Notes under the pieces: model-generated
What the model saw: only the letters and a program-made list of their open reading frames with translations
Told to the model about the DNA's origin: nothing
The model's database searches: none
In this document: positions 55,084-64,000 of the stretch, one piece after another
Numbering within the stretch: the stretch's first letter is position 1
Layout of the letters: each line of letters opens with the position of its first letter
Sequence record: MW679410.1
Length of the DNA stretch: 64,000 bases
Reading direction: 5' to 3' (one strand)
Source of the DNA: Escherichia phage C6
Program-made: the position numbers and the translations under genes

Positions 55084-56894
55084 TGAAACAAGAATTAAAA
55101 ATCGGCCAGGCCGTTGACGATGGCTCCGGAGATTACCTGCGCGCAGGTGGTCTAAAAATCAATAATAACTTTAATGAGTTATATTATCAATTAGGTGATG
55201 GAGATAATCCACACGCTGCTGGTGCCTGGAAACAATATTCTACTGCAGACGGTCCTTTACTTAATGCCGTTATGGGTCATAGCTATACATTGAATACTCA
55301 AGGTGGAAGGATTAACGTTCAACTTCCTAAAGGCACCCCATCAGAATATAACTTTGTAATTCGTTTACGTGACGTTTATTCCTCTTGGCAAGCTAACCCT
55401 GTGACTATTATACCGGCCCCAGGCGATACAATTAAAGGTTCCGCTGTACAGGTTGAAATAGCTCGTAATTTTGCTGACCTTGAACTTGTTTACTGTGCCC
55501 CAGGACGTTGGGAATATGTTGAGAACAAGCAAGTTAACCGTATTCCAAATAACGACCTCGCTACTGTAGCAACTAAACAGTTTATTGCCACTGAAGGCCA
55601 GACCGATTTCTTGGATATTTTCCCAGGTCTAACCTATAATATTTCAAGTCTTAGCGTTATCCAACGTGGTAACAACTTGTTCTACGGTGTGGATGATGTA
55701 TTTGATGAAGCTACTTCTGAGTTTGGTAGCCCAGGCGCAAACCCGGGTGAATTAGTTGAATTGAACGGTAAAGATATCCGTTTGAAATATCCTTGTGAAG
55801 CTGGCGATACGGTAATTATTAAATCATATAACGATGGATTGGCCCAATGGCGTAGTTCTTATAATCGTCGCGATATTACTATTTTAGATAGAACCCTGAC
55901 CCATGAAACCACAGTTAATGGTTCTAAAGTAGTATTAGACCTTTCTACTATACAGACTATTACATCGGCAGAATTAAACGTTTCTCCTACAAGCCCTATT
56001 AACCCTAATGCTTGTCAGGTAATGCTTAACAGTACTTTATTGCATCAAGCTGGTACTGCAGGGTTCCCTGCTTTCTATTGTGAAGGTGTTGATACAGATG
56101 ATGCAGGCCTTTGTGCAGATTCAGGTGGTGTATGGACCCAATCTAAATCTGATTATATTTTGAATATAGCAGATGATGACAAAATAGAGTCATTTGAATT
56201 TGGACGTAAACTGGAACATGGCGATATCCTTACTGTGATTTGGTATAATAACGATATCGGTACCACTATGACTATTGATGAGATTTTAGATACCACAAAC
56301 GATATCTATATTTCTCAAGGTCCTTCGGTATCTTTGACTGGCCAGGTTCGTATTACTGATGTGGATAATCCATTTTCTCCTAACTTTGAACCTGTAGCAG
56401 AATCTGAAGTTTCTATTAATACGGCAGCAGTGATGTTTGATTTGTTCCACCCTATTGGAACGATTTATGAGAACACCGTGAACCCTAATAACCCTGCAAC
56501 TTATATGGGTATGGGTAGCTGGAAACGTCTGTCTGATAGTTTCCTTGTAGGTTGGTCTCCGGATGCTGACTCGTTGTTCAATGCGAACAATAATGATTTA
56601 GACTCTGGTGGTGTTCCTAAATCTACTGCAGGCGGTACAGGTGGTTCTCATAATATTTCCATTAAATATGAAAACGTTCCTGAACTTAATACAGACGACA
56701 ATGTATTAGTTGCTGATGATAATGGCCCTATTGTTATTGGTGGTTGTTTGGTAGACCCGGATGCCCAAGGCCCGGCTTATACAAAATATCGTGAAGATAA
56801 AGCTACGATAAACAAACAGCAATCTACATCGCCTATTCCTATTGATACTTTGCCTCCATATACAACCGTTTATCGCTGGGTGAGGATTGCGTAA
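55083..56894 (+). CDS. 10: Baseplate wedge protein gp10
   Basis: 603 aa (T4 602 aa); synteny. Confidence 0.9.
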   Translation: MKQELKIGQAVDDGSGDYLRAGGLKINNNFNELYYQLGDGDNPHAAGAWKQYSTADGPLLNAVMGHSYTLNTQGGRINVQLPKGTPSEYNFVIRLRDVYSSWQANPVTIIPAPGDTIKGSAVQVEIARNFADLELVYCAPGRWEYVENKQVNRIPNNDLATVATKQFIATEGQTDFLDIFPGLTYNISSLSVIQRGNNLFYGVDDVFDEATSEFGSPGANPGELVELNGKDIRLKYPCEAGDTVIIKSYNDGLAQWRSSYNRRDITILDRTLTHETTVNGSKVVLDLSTIQTITSAELNVSPTSPINPNACQVMLNSTLLHQAGTAGFPAFYCEGVDTDDAGLCADSGGVWTQSKSDYILNIADDDKIESFEFGRKLEHGDILTVIWYNNDIGTTMTIDEILDTTNDIYISQGPSVSLTGQVRITDVDNPFSPNFEPVAESEVSINTAAVMFDLFHPIGTIYENTVNPNNPATYMGMGSWKRLSDSFLVGWSPDADSLFNANNNDLDSGGVPKSTAGGTGGSHNISIKYENVPELNTDDNVLVADDNGPIVIGGCLVDPDAQGPAYTKYREDKATINKQQSTSPIPIDTLPPYTTVYRWVRIA

Positions 56895-57559
56895 TGACTT
56901 TAACAGAAATGAAAAGCGGGTTAAAATCCCGCCTTGCCGACTTTTTAGAATTTTCTTTTACAACTAATCAACCTGCCGCAGTGGCAGGTCAACGCCCTAT
57001 TGGTGGTCCATCGGCAAACCAAACCCAAAAAGGCGTTTATTATCCTACAGTCCAAAGTGCTATTGATGATATTGCTTTCCGTGCAGAACTTCCCGTTAAT
57101 GCAGTGATAACTACTACTGAAAACAGGGCACCTGGCTTTATTCAACAATCAGATAAATTAACTTTCTCTGGCTCCATTTCTTCTGGTGGCGAATTAGGCG
57201 ATACGGTTATTATTAAGGTATTCGGTTTGCCTGTTGAAGTTATTGTAGGTGATTCTTCGGTCCTGGTTGCTTCTAAAGTTAACGATGCTTTTATAAGCGC
57301 TATTGCCGATAGTTATATTTTGGCAGAAACGTCTATCGACCCTCTAGACCAGTCTACTTTAAACATTAAATATAATGACTACCAAAACCATATTTTTGAG
57401 CCATTTAAACAAGCAGGATGCACCATTTCTCAGACTATAGTTCAAGAGCCTCGTGCAGGTTATGGATACTGGGAATATTTAGGTTCTACTACAGAATCTA
57501 TGACAGGTGGAACCGTAAATGGAACAACAACCTTATATCACTATAAGCGAGTAAGTTAA
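56894..57559 (+). CDS. 11: Baseplate wedge protein gp11
   Basis: 221 aa (T4 219 aa); synteny. Confidence 0.9.
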   Translation: MTLTEMKSGLKSRLADFLEFSFTTNQPAAVAGQRPIGGPSANQTQKGVYYPTVQSAIDDIAFRAELPVNAVITTTENRAPGFIQQSDKLTFSGSISSGGELGDTVIIKVFGLPVEVIVGDSSVLVASKVNDAFISAIADSYILAETSIDPLDQSTLNIKYNDYQNHIFEPFKQAGCTISQTIVQEPRAGYGYWEYLGSTTESMTGGTVNGTTTLYHYKRVS

Positions 57560-59091
57560 TGTCTACAAATACACTAAAACACATAAGTGATAAATCAGAA
57601 TTTAAAACATTCGACCCTACCGGGTCGAATTTTGACCCCTCTATTACTAATGTCCAGGATGCATTGGCGTCTATTTCCGCTATAGGTGTTACAGGTAATA
57701 TACCTTCGGCTTCTGAAACAGAACAGGGTATTATTAGATTAGCGACCCAACAAGAAGTTATTGATGGCACTGATACTTTCTCTGCGGTAACTCCGGCCAC
57801 TTTAAAAGGCCGTTTAGATATTCCTACTCAAGCAACAGAAACTTATGTAGGTATCACCCGTTACGCCACTAATGCTGAAGCCATTGCTGGGACAGAAACC
57901 CAGGCTGCAATCGTAGCATCGTCTTTGAAAGCTACTATAGATTATACGTTCACCAATCGTTTAGCCACAGAGAACACTACAGGCGTACTCAAGATTTCAA
58001 CCCTGCCGGCTGCTCTAGCAGGTACAGACGATACAACGGCAATGACACCTCTGAAAACCGCTCAGGCAATTGGTGCCGCTACATCCGCATTACCGACTTA
58101 TGCCAGTGCTACTCAAACTACTGAGGGTATTGTTAGAATCGCAACAAATGCCGAAGTGGCAAGTGGGTCGTTAACTAATGGTGTGGCTATTTCTCCATCA
58201 GGGCTTATTTCTTTAACTTCTAATACTTCTCGACGTGGACTGGTTCAATTAGCCACTGGAGCTGAAGTTTCAGCCGGAACTGACCCTAATAAAGCTATTA
58301 CACCTCAAACACTTTTGTCAAGAACAGGTAATACCGGTAGAATAGGCCTTCTTAAAACCACAACTACCGTAGGTTCTGGTGATAGTAATACGGCATTGGC
58401 ATATAATGCTAACGTTATTTCTACCACAGGCGGCACCATTAATGGTACTTTAAACGTTAACGGTACTTTACGTCGCAATGGGCGTGATGTTGTTACTATC
58501 GACCAATTAAAAGATTCTGTCCCTATCGGTACTATTGTTATGTGGGGAGGCCAGATTAATAATATCCCTGCAGGTTGGGCTGTTTGTGATGGTGGTAACT
58601 CCGGTGAACAAGGATTCCGAAATGTAGTTGGTAGTAAATGGGGTTCAACCGGCGCTCGTCCTGATTTCCGTGGATTATATCCTCGCGGTGCAAACCAAAC
58701 TAATGACGGTGGATTAAAAGAATGGGACGCTAACGTCAGAATTAGAGATGCCAAAGGTAATGATGCCAAAGGTAAACCTAAATTAGGTGTAGGTTGTGGT
58801 TCATATGGCCATGGTACTGTACAAGCCCAGCAACTTCGTTTCCATAAACACGCCGGCGGCTTTGGTGAACATGACAATGCGGGTGCATTTGGTAATACCG
58901 TTCGTTCCAACTTTGCTGGTACTCGTAAAGGCCTGGACTGGGATAACCGTTCTTACTTTACAAACGAAGGATACGAAATTGACGGTTCAGGTTCACGAGA
59001 TTCAAGAACTACTCTAAACAGCGAAGGGTTGGTTGGTAACGAAAACCGTCCTTGGACTATGTCCATCCTATTCATTATTAAAGTTGCTTAA
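57559..59091 (+). CDS. 12: Short tail fibre gp12
   Basis: 510 aa; Thr/Ala/Gly-rich repeats typical of gp12; synteny. Confidence 0.9.
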   Translation: MSTNTLKHISDKSEFKTFDPTGSNFDPSITNVQDALASISAIGVTGNIPSASETEQGIIRLATQQEVIDGTDTFSAVTPATLKGRLDIPTQATETYVGITRYATNAEAIAGTETQAAIVASSLKATIDYTFTNRLATENTTGVLKISTLPAALAGTDDTTAMTPLKTAQAIGAATSALPTYASATQTTEGIVRIATNAEVASGSLTNGVAISPSGLISLTSNTSRRGLVQLATGAEVSAGTDPNKAITPQTLLSRTGNTGRIGLLKTTTTVGSGDSNTALAYNANVISTTGGTINGTLNVNGTLRRNGRDVVTIDQLKDSVPIGTIVMWGGQINNIPAGWAVCDGGNSGEQGFRNVVGSKWGSTGARPDFRGLYPRGANQTNDGGLKEWDANVRIRDAKGNDAKGKPKLGVGCGSYGHGTVQAQQLRFHKHAGGFGEHDNAGAFGNTVRSNFAGTRKGLDWDNRSYFTNEGYEIDGSGSRDSRTTLNSEGLVGNENRPWTMSILFIIKVA

Positions 59092-59100
59092 GGAAATAAA

Positions 59101-60645
59101 ATGATTGACAAACTGAGTATTAAAGAACTTCCGTTTGTCGATGGTGTACCCGATGCATCCCAAGAGCGTATCCGTTGGATACGCAATGGAGAATGTATTG
59201 AAGGAGCCACGACTAAATACGGTCACGACGGTAATTTGAATGCCCCTGCTTTAGGAGTACAAACCAACGTAGTTAGATTAGAAGAAAACAGTATAGCTTC
59301 TAAAGACAAAATTAACGAGCTTGTGGATAACGTTAATTTGATTAATGAAGCCCTAGATATTTCTACTGATACGGGTGTTATTCAGCAAATTGAAAAGAAC
59401 CGAGTTGATATACTGGCTGTGGATGAAAAGGCTTCCGAAACTAAACAAGAATTGGGTGACTTAACCGTTAATTTTAATTTTTTAGAAGAAGATGTAGGTT
59501 ATTACGACCCGTCTTTAGATGGCCCATATCTCACCGTCAGAGAAAATATAAATCTTCTTAAATCTGAAATTGGTCATTATGCGAACCAGGATATAAACAG
59601 CCAACCGCTTCCTCCAGGTGAAACTTCTGAAGCCACCGGCATGAAACGTCGCATTATGGATAATACCAGTGCTATTGTCGACCATTCACAACGTATAGAT
59701 ACCCTTGAAAAGAATTACGAAGATTCTGATGTAGGGCAACTTGGGCTTAAGATTAACGAAATTCGTGAAGAACTCGGCCCTCATATCGATACCGTAGGTA
59801 AACAACCAGCGTATACCAGGATTTCTACTCTTGAAACTGCTGCTATAAGCTTTAACGAATCAATAGATTCTATCAAAACCAGTATAGGTTTTAATAAAGG
59901 CCCTATTGATACAAGAGTAACCACGCTGGAAACTAAAACTTCCACTTTAGAAAACACGGTTAATAACGGTTTGGTTCCTAGAGTTACTGCGGTGGAAACC
60001 GCTATCGGTGCGGCAGATACCCCTACTTCTATTAACGGTAGATTAGGTGGCTTACGTACCGATGTTAATGAACTAAAAACTATAGTAGGTGCTAGTTCAT
60101 CCGAAGGGCTTCGTTTCCAGGTTTCCGATATAGACCGTAAAATTGGTGCCGATGTAAGTCCGGCTGCGGGAACAATTAATAAACGTTTGAATGACCTTAC
60201 GACTCAAGGTAATACTTCAGCCTCAACTATTCAGGATTTACAGGCTGAAATTGGTAACAACCAAACGGGTATTAAAGGTTCTATTCTTAAAATTACCAAC
60301 CAAATTGAAGGAACAAACCCTAACGGTAGTACTGTAGAAGAACGAGGGTTAATAAATTCTGTTAAAGGCCTTGAAGCTCAAATGCCTACTAAATTGAGTG
60401 ATGCTCCTGCCGATGGTAAATTATACGGACGTAAAGATGCGGCTTGGGCTGAAATCCTTGGCACTACAGAAATTGATACAGTCAAAGCTTCTTTATTGGT
60501 GGCTGAAGGTAAAATCACTGCACTAGAAACTGAGTTGGCTAAACGCCCTCCTGTTGCTCCTGTGGCTGACGGACTTCCGTATGTTCTGGTTGATAACGCA
60601 TGGGTACTATTGTCAGATTTTGTGACTTTAAACCCAGCACCATAA
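59101..60645 (+). CDS. wac: Fibritin (whisker) Wac
   Basis: 514 aa; long coiled-coil heptads; C-terminal foldon-like GLPYVLVDNAWVLLSDF. Confidence 0.9.
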   Translation: MIDKLSIKELPFVDGVPDASQERIRWIRNGECIEGATTKYGHDGNLNAPALGVQTNVVRLEENSIASKDKINELVDNVNLINEALDISTDTGVIQQIEKNRVDILAVDEKASETKQELGDLTVNFNFLEEDVGYYDPSLDGPYLTVRENINLLKSEIGHYANQDINSQPLPPGETSEATGMKRRIMDNTSAIVDHSQRIDTLEKNYEDSDVGQLGLKINEIREELGPHIDTVGKQPAYTRISTLETAAISFNESIDSIKTSIGFNKGPIDTRVTTLETKTSTLENTVNNGLVPRVTAVETAIGAADTPTSINGRLGGLRTDVNELKTIVGASSSEGLRFQVSDIDRKIGADVSPAAGTINKRLNDLTTQGNTSASTIQDLQAEIGNNQTGIKGSILKITNQIEGTNPNGSTVEERGLINSVKGLEAQMPTKLSDAPADGKLYGRKDAAWAEILGTTEIDTVKASLLVAEGKITALETELAKRPPVAPVADGLPYVLVDNAWVLLSDFVTLNPAP

Positions 60646-60646
60646 T

Positions 60647-60670
60647 AAAAGGGCTTCGGCCCTTTTTTGC
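60647..60670 (+). terminator. Rho-independent terminator after wac
   Basis: AAGGGC-TTCG-GCCCTT followed by TTTTTT. Confidence 0.7.
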
Positions 60671-60678
60671 TATAAATA
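60671..60678 (+). promoter_or_regulatory. T4 late promoter TATAAATA for gene 13
   Basis: Exact TATAAATA 22 nt upstream of ATG 60700. Confidence 0.7.
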
Positions 60679-60699
60679 CGGTTATTAGAGGAATAAAAC

Positions 60700-61632
60700 A
60701 TGGCAAGCGAATCATTTAACCCTAAGCAACTCAAGGACGCTATCCTGCGCCGCCTGGGTGCGCCGATTACAAATATTGAAGTAACTACAGACCAAGTATA
60801 CGATTGCATCCAGCGAGCCCTAGAGCTCTACGGTGAGTATCATTATAACGGGTATAACAAAGGTTATCAGGCTTTTTATATCGGTCATGACGATGAAGAA
60901 AAATTCCGTAATGGGGTATTTGACCTTAAAGGCCGTAATATATTTGCAGTGACACAAATTTTGAGAACCAATGTAGGTTCTTTAACATCTATGGACGGGC
61001 AAGCAACTTATCCATGGTTTACTGATTTTGTATTAGGCCTAGCCGGAATTAATGGTGGGTTAGGGTCTTCGTGTAACAGTTTCGGACCTAATGCCTTCGG
61101 TGCTGACCTTGGTTATTTTACCCAACTAATGCAATATCGTTCTATGATGCAGGACCTTTTGGTTCCACTACCTGATTATTGGTATAATGATGCCACTGAA
61201 CAGTTGAAGGTAATGGGTAACTTTGTTAAAGGCGATTTTATTGTAATTGAAGTTTATACTCGCTCTTTTAATGGGGTTGATTCTATGGTAGGAAATACCG
61301 TAGGATACGGTTATGCTTCAGCTTGTGGTGAAGATGCATGGAGCCCGGGTGCTATTTGGGATAATCCAGCGCGTCGTATTTCTGGTATGCGTGTAGGTGA
61401 GGACCTTGGTCTTCAAGATGGTGCATATAATAACCGTTGGGTTAAAGATTATGCTACGGCATTGGTTAAAGAAGTCAATGGTAATATTTTGGCCAAACAC
61501 CAAGGCATGCAACTTGCAGGTGGAACCACCGTGGATGGTATTCGATTGATTGAAGAAGCTCGTTTAGAAAAAGAACGTCTTCGTGAAGAATTAGATTTGC
61601 TCGACCCACCAACACCTATTTTAATTGGATAA
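60700..61632 (+). CDS. 13: Neck protein gp13
   Basis: 310 aa (T4 309 aa); synteny. Confidence 0.9.
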   Translation: MASESFNPKQLKDAILRRLGAPITNIEVTTDQVYDCIQRALELYGEYHYNGYNKGYQAFYIGHDDEEKFRNGVFDLKGRNIFAVTQILRTNVGSLTSMDGQATYPWFTDFVLGLAGINGGLGSSCNSFGPNAFGADLGYFTQLMQYRSMMQDLLVPLPDYWYNDATEQLKVMGNFVKGDFIVIEVYTRSFNGVDSMVGNTVGYGYASACGEDAWSPGAIWDNPARRISGMRVGEDLGLQDGAYNNRWVKDYATALVKEVNGNILAKHQGMQLAGGTTVDGIRLIEEARLEKERLREELDLLDPPTPILIG

Positions 61633-61634
61633 TT

Positions 61635-62408
61635 ATGGCTACTTTCGATTCGAGTTTATTCGCTAAGCTAGAAGATAATACTGGCTATGCTAATACGAAC
61701 GAAACTGAAATAATGAACCCTTTCGTCAACTTTTATCGCCATGAGAATACCCAAACATTGGCTGATGCTTTAGTTGCTGAGTCTATTCAAATGCGTGGTA
61801 TTGAGCTTTATTATATACCACGTGAATACGTTAAACCAGACCAGCTATTTGGCGAAGACCTTCAGAACAAATTTACTAAAGCCTGGAAGTTTGCAGGATA
61901 TTTGGATTCCTTTGAAGGTTATTCCGGTGACAATACTTATTTCAGTAAGTTCGGTATGATGGTTAATGATGAAGTAACAATCACAATTAACCCTAACCTT
62001 TTTAAACATCAATGCAATGGCACTGAACCTGTTTCAGGCGACTTGATTTATTTCCCAATGGACAACAGCCTATTCGAAATTAACTGGGTACAACCTTACG
62101 ACCCATTCTATCAAGTGGGTGCTAACGTCCAGCGTCGAATCACTGCTACCAAGTTCATTTACAATGGTGAAGAACTTCGTCCTGAATTACAGAGAAATGA
62201 AGGTATTAATATTCCTGAGTTTAGTGAGCTTGATTTAATGCCTGTTAAGAATATCGACGGGTTGGCTGATATCTCTGACATTCAATACGAAGAGGTCAAT
62301 GAGATTAATGCTGAAGCGGCTGAATTCGTACATCCTTATGTTGTAATTAATGGACGAGGAGAAAATGCTCCTCCTACAGCATTTGATGATGCTTTTTTAG
62401 ATGATTAA
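61635..62408 (+). CDS. 14: Neck protein gp14
   Basis: 257 aa (T4 256 aa); synteny. Confidence 0.9.
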   Translation: MATFDSSLFAKLEDNTGYANTNETEIMNPFVNFYRHENTQTLADALVAESIQMRGIELYYIPREYVKPDQLFGEDLQNKFTKAWKFAGYLDSFEGYSGDNTYFSKFGMMVNDEVTITINPNLFKHQCNGTEPVSGDLIYFPMDNSLFEINWVQPYDPFYQVGANVQRRITATKFIYNGEELRPELQRNEGINIPEFSELDLMPVKNIDGLADISDIQYEEVNEINAEAAEFVHPYVVINGRGENAPPTAFDDAFLDD

Positions 62409-62446
62409 ATAATACATGGCGCATGGTGCGCCATTTAGGAGGTTTG

Positions 62447-63313
62447 ATGTTTGGACATTGGTATAATAGTTCGCTACGTCGCTATATTGTTTTGATGGGT
62501 GATTTATTTTCCCATGTTCAAGTAGCACGTCAAAGAGAAGATACAGGACTTAAATTTATTAAGGTTCCTATTACGTATGCTTCTAAAGAAAGATTTATGG
62601 CAAATTTGGGTAAATGGACTGCTGTTCAAAATATTCCAAACCCTAATATGTCTCCTAAAGAACGAGCTGAACAAAAAGCTAAAGTGGAAACAGTTCTTCC
62701 ACGTATGAACCTTCAAATGGTTGATATGCTTTATAACTCACAATACAAAACAGCTCTTCAGAACAGAACCCAAATTCAATTTGAGAATGGTGACCCGAGA
62801 AAACGAGTTAGCCAATATTCTCCTACTCCGGTTAAAATGATTTTCGAACTGGGTATTTACACTAGAACCCAAGATGATATGTTCCAAATTGTGGAACAGA
62901 TTATGCCTTATTTCCAACCTCATTTTAATACTACAATTACCGAACTCTATACAAACGAGATTAAATTTGACCGTGATATTCGTATTGTGTTCCAGTCTAT
63001 TGCAATGGACGAACAATTAGAAGGTGATACCTCTTCTCGTCGTCGTTTAGAATGGTCTATGATGTTTGAGGTTAACGGGTGGTTATATCCTCCAGTTAAA
63101 GAAATGGAAGGCGAAATTAAAACCATTTATCTTGATTTCTTTGCTAATTCAAAGGAACTCGCTCCTGAAGGTAATTTCGAATCGGTTGATAGCGAAGTGG
63201 TTCCGAGAAATGTAGAACAAACAGAATGGGATGGAAGCTCCGTTCAAACATATTCACAAGATATTCCAGTGCCTGTCGAGCCCGCGCCTCCAGCACCAAG
63301 GAGAAACCCATGA
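62447..63313 (+). CDS. 15: Tail sheath stabiliser / tail completion gp15
   Basis: Start trimmed to MFGHWYNSS; strong match to recalled T4 gp15. Confidence 0.9.
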   Translation: MFGHWYNSSLRRYIVLMGDLFSHVQVARQREDTGLKFIKVPITYASKERFMANLGKWTAVQNIPNPNMSPKERAEQKAKVETVLPRMNLQMVDMLYNSQYKTALQNRTQIQFENGDPRKRVSQYSPTPVKMIFELGIYTRTQDDMFQIVEQIMPYFQPHFNTTITELYTNEIKFDRDIRIVFQSIAMDEQLEGDTSSRRRLEWSMMFEVNGWLYPPVKEMEGEIKTIYLDFFANSKELAPEGNFESVDSEVVPRNVEQTEWDGSSVQTYSQDIPVPVEPAPPAPRRNP

Positions 63314-63801
63314 GCGATTTAGATATCAGTAAATTAATGGATATTACCGACCTCCCTGGAGTGACCGGGGAGGAAGTTACAGCCTATGAACCAATAGTAT
63401 TAAAAGAAGTAGAAAGTAATCCACAGAACCGTACTCCTGATTTGGAAGACGACTATTCTGTGGTTCGTAGAAATCTCCATTTTCAACAGCAAATGTTAAT
63501 GGATGCCGGTAAAATATTTTTAGAAGTCGCTAAGAACGCTGAATCGCCGCGTCATATGGAAGTATTTGCCACATTAATGGGACAGATGACTACCACTAAC
63601 AAAGAGCTTTTAAAACTTCATAAAGAAATGAAAGATATTACCGCTGAACAAATCGGTACTAAAGGTGGAGAGCCTAATCAAACTAATATCCAAAATGCCA
63701 CTATTTTTATGGGTTCACCGACCGATTTAATGGATGAAGTGGGCGACGCTTATGAAGCCCAGGAAGAACGTGAGAAGGTAATTAATGGAACAACCAGTTA
63801 A
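63310..63801 (+). CDS. 16: Terminase small subunit gp16
   Basis: Start trimmed to MSDLDISKL (163 aa); near-identical blocks to recalled T4 gp16; ATGA overlap with gene 15 stop. Confidence 0.95.
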   Translation: MSDLDISKLMDITDLPGVTGEEVTAYEPIVLKEVESNPQNRTPDLEDDYSVVRRNLHFQQQMLMDAGKIFLEVAKNAESPRHMEVFATLMGQMTTTNKELLKLHKEMKDITAEQIGTKGGEPNQTNIQNATIFMGSPTDLMDEVGDAYEAQEEREKVINGTTS

Positions 63802-64000
63802 CGTATTAAGCGATGACCATCCACTAAACGAAGGCAAGACTATAGTCATTAAGCCACCGGGTTCGCTTGAACGTAAAACAGAAGAAGGTATCAATTGGAT
63901 TAAATCCCAATGGGACGACAAATGGTACCCTGAAAAGTTTAGTGATTATTTACGCATCCATAAAATAGTTAAAATTCCTAATAACGGGGACCGTCCAAAC
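63785..64000 (+). CDS. 17: Terminase large subunit gp17 (5' partial, runs off window)
   Basis: [15 protein letters not shown]...[28 protein letters not shown] matches recalled T4 gp17 N-terminus. Confidence 0.95.
   Translation, partial: MEQPVNVLSDDHPLNEGKTIVIKPPGSLERKTEEGINWIKSQWDDKWYPEKFSDYLRIHKIVKIPNNGDRPN

Noticed and set aside
58305-58910. Minus-strand ORFs inside late structural genes (e.g. 58305..58910 within gene 12, 60378..60809 over the end of wac)
   Set aside because: Antisense to highly conserved baseplate/fibre genes with Pro/Ser-rich artefactual composition; no expression signals.
59101-60645. Duplicated foldon-like motif in Wac as a novel domain
   Set aside because: Fibritin length and repeat number vary among T-even phages; without alignment this is within expected variation.

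Overview
This 64-kb window is a segment of a T4-like (T-even) myovirus genome, colinear with phage T4 from gene 45 to the start of gene 17. Coordinates 1-44900 are a dense block of minus-strand early/middle genes: sliding clamp 45, rpbA, 46/47 recombination nuclease, late sigma factor 55, endonuclease VII (49), thioredoxin nrdC, thymidine kinase, regB, denV, internal proteins ipII/ipIII, lysozyme e, nudE, a three-tRNA cluster, 57B (Acb1-type 2H phosphoesterase), 57A, genes 1, 3, 2, 4, and many small ORFs of unknown function. Coordinates 44900-64000 are the plus-strand late baseplate/tail/neck block: 53, 5, 5.1, 5.4, 6-12, wac, 13-15, 16 and the start of 17. The phage is mosaic relative to T4 as I recall it: no alpha-glucosyltransferase between 47 and 55, no nrdD/nrdG between 55 and 49, and an HNH endonuclease inserted between genes 3 and 2. 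Identifications rest on recalled T4 protein sequences, motifs and synteny; no database search was run. Where the ORF track began at a non-ATG codon or carried an obvious N-terminal extension, starts were trimmed by arithmetic from the track. Coordinates of non-ORF features are approximate (a few nt); at one place (about 5760-5820) my reading of the printed sequence disagreed with the track by one base, so exact positions of small motifs should be re-derived computationally. The most interesting candidates are: (1) five tandem small genes that all end in a conserved C-terminal W-V-S-S-S-x-x-C tail; (2) seven loci carrying the T4 capsid-targeting sequence, i.e. an expanded set of candidate injected proteins, one of them frameshifted; (3) a TARG1/DarG-like macro-domain protein; (4) an opposite-strand late gene with collagen-like repeats, insulated by its own late promoter and terminator; (5) a Pol-beta-type nucleotidyltransferase paired with a membrane protein.
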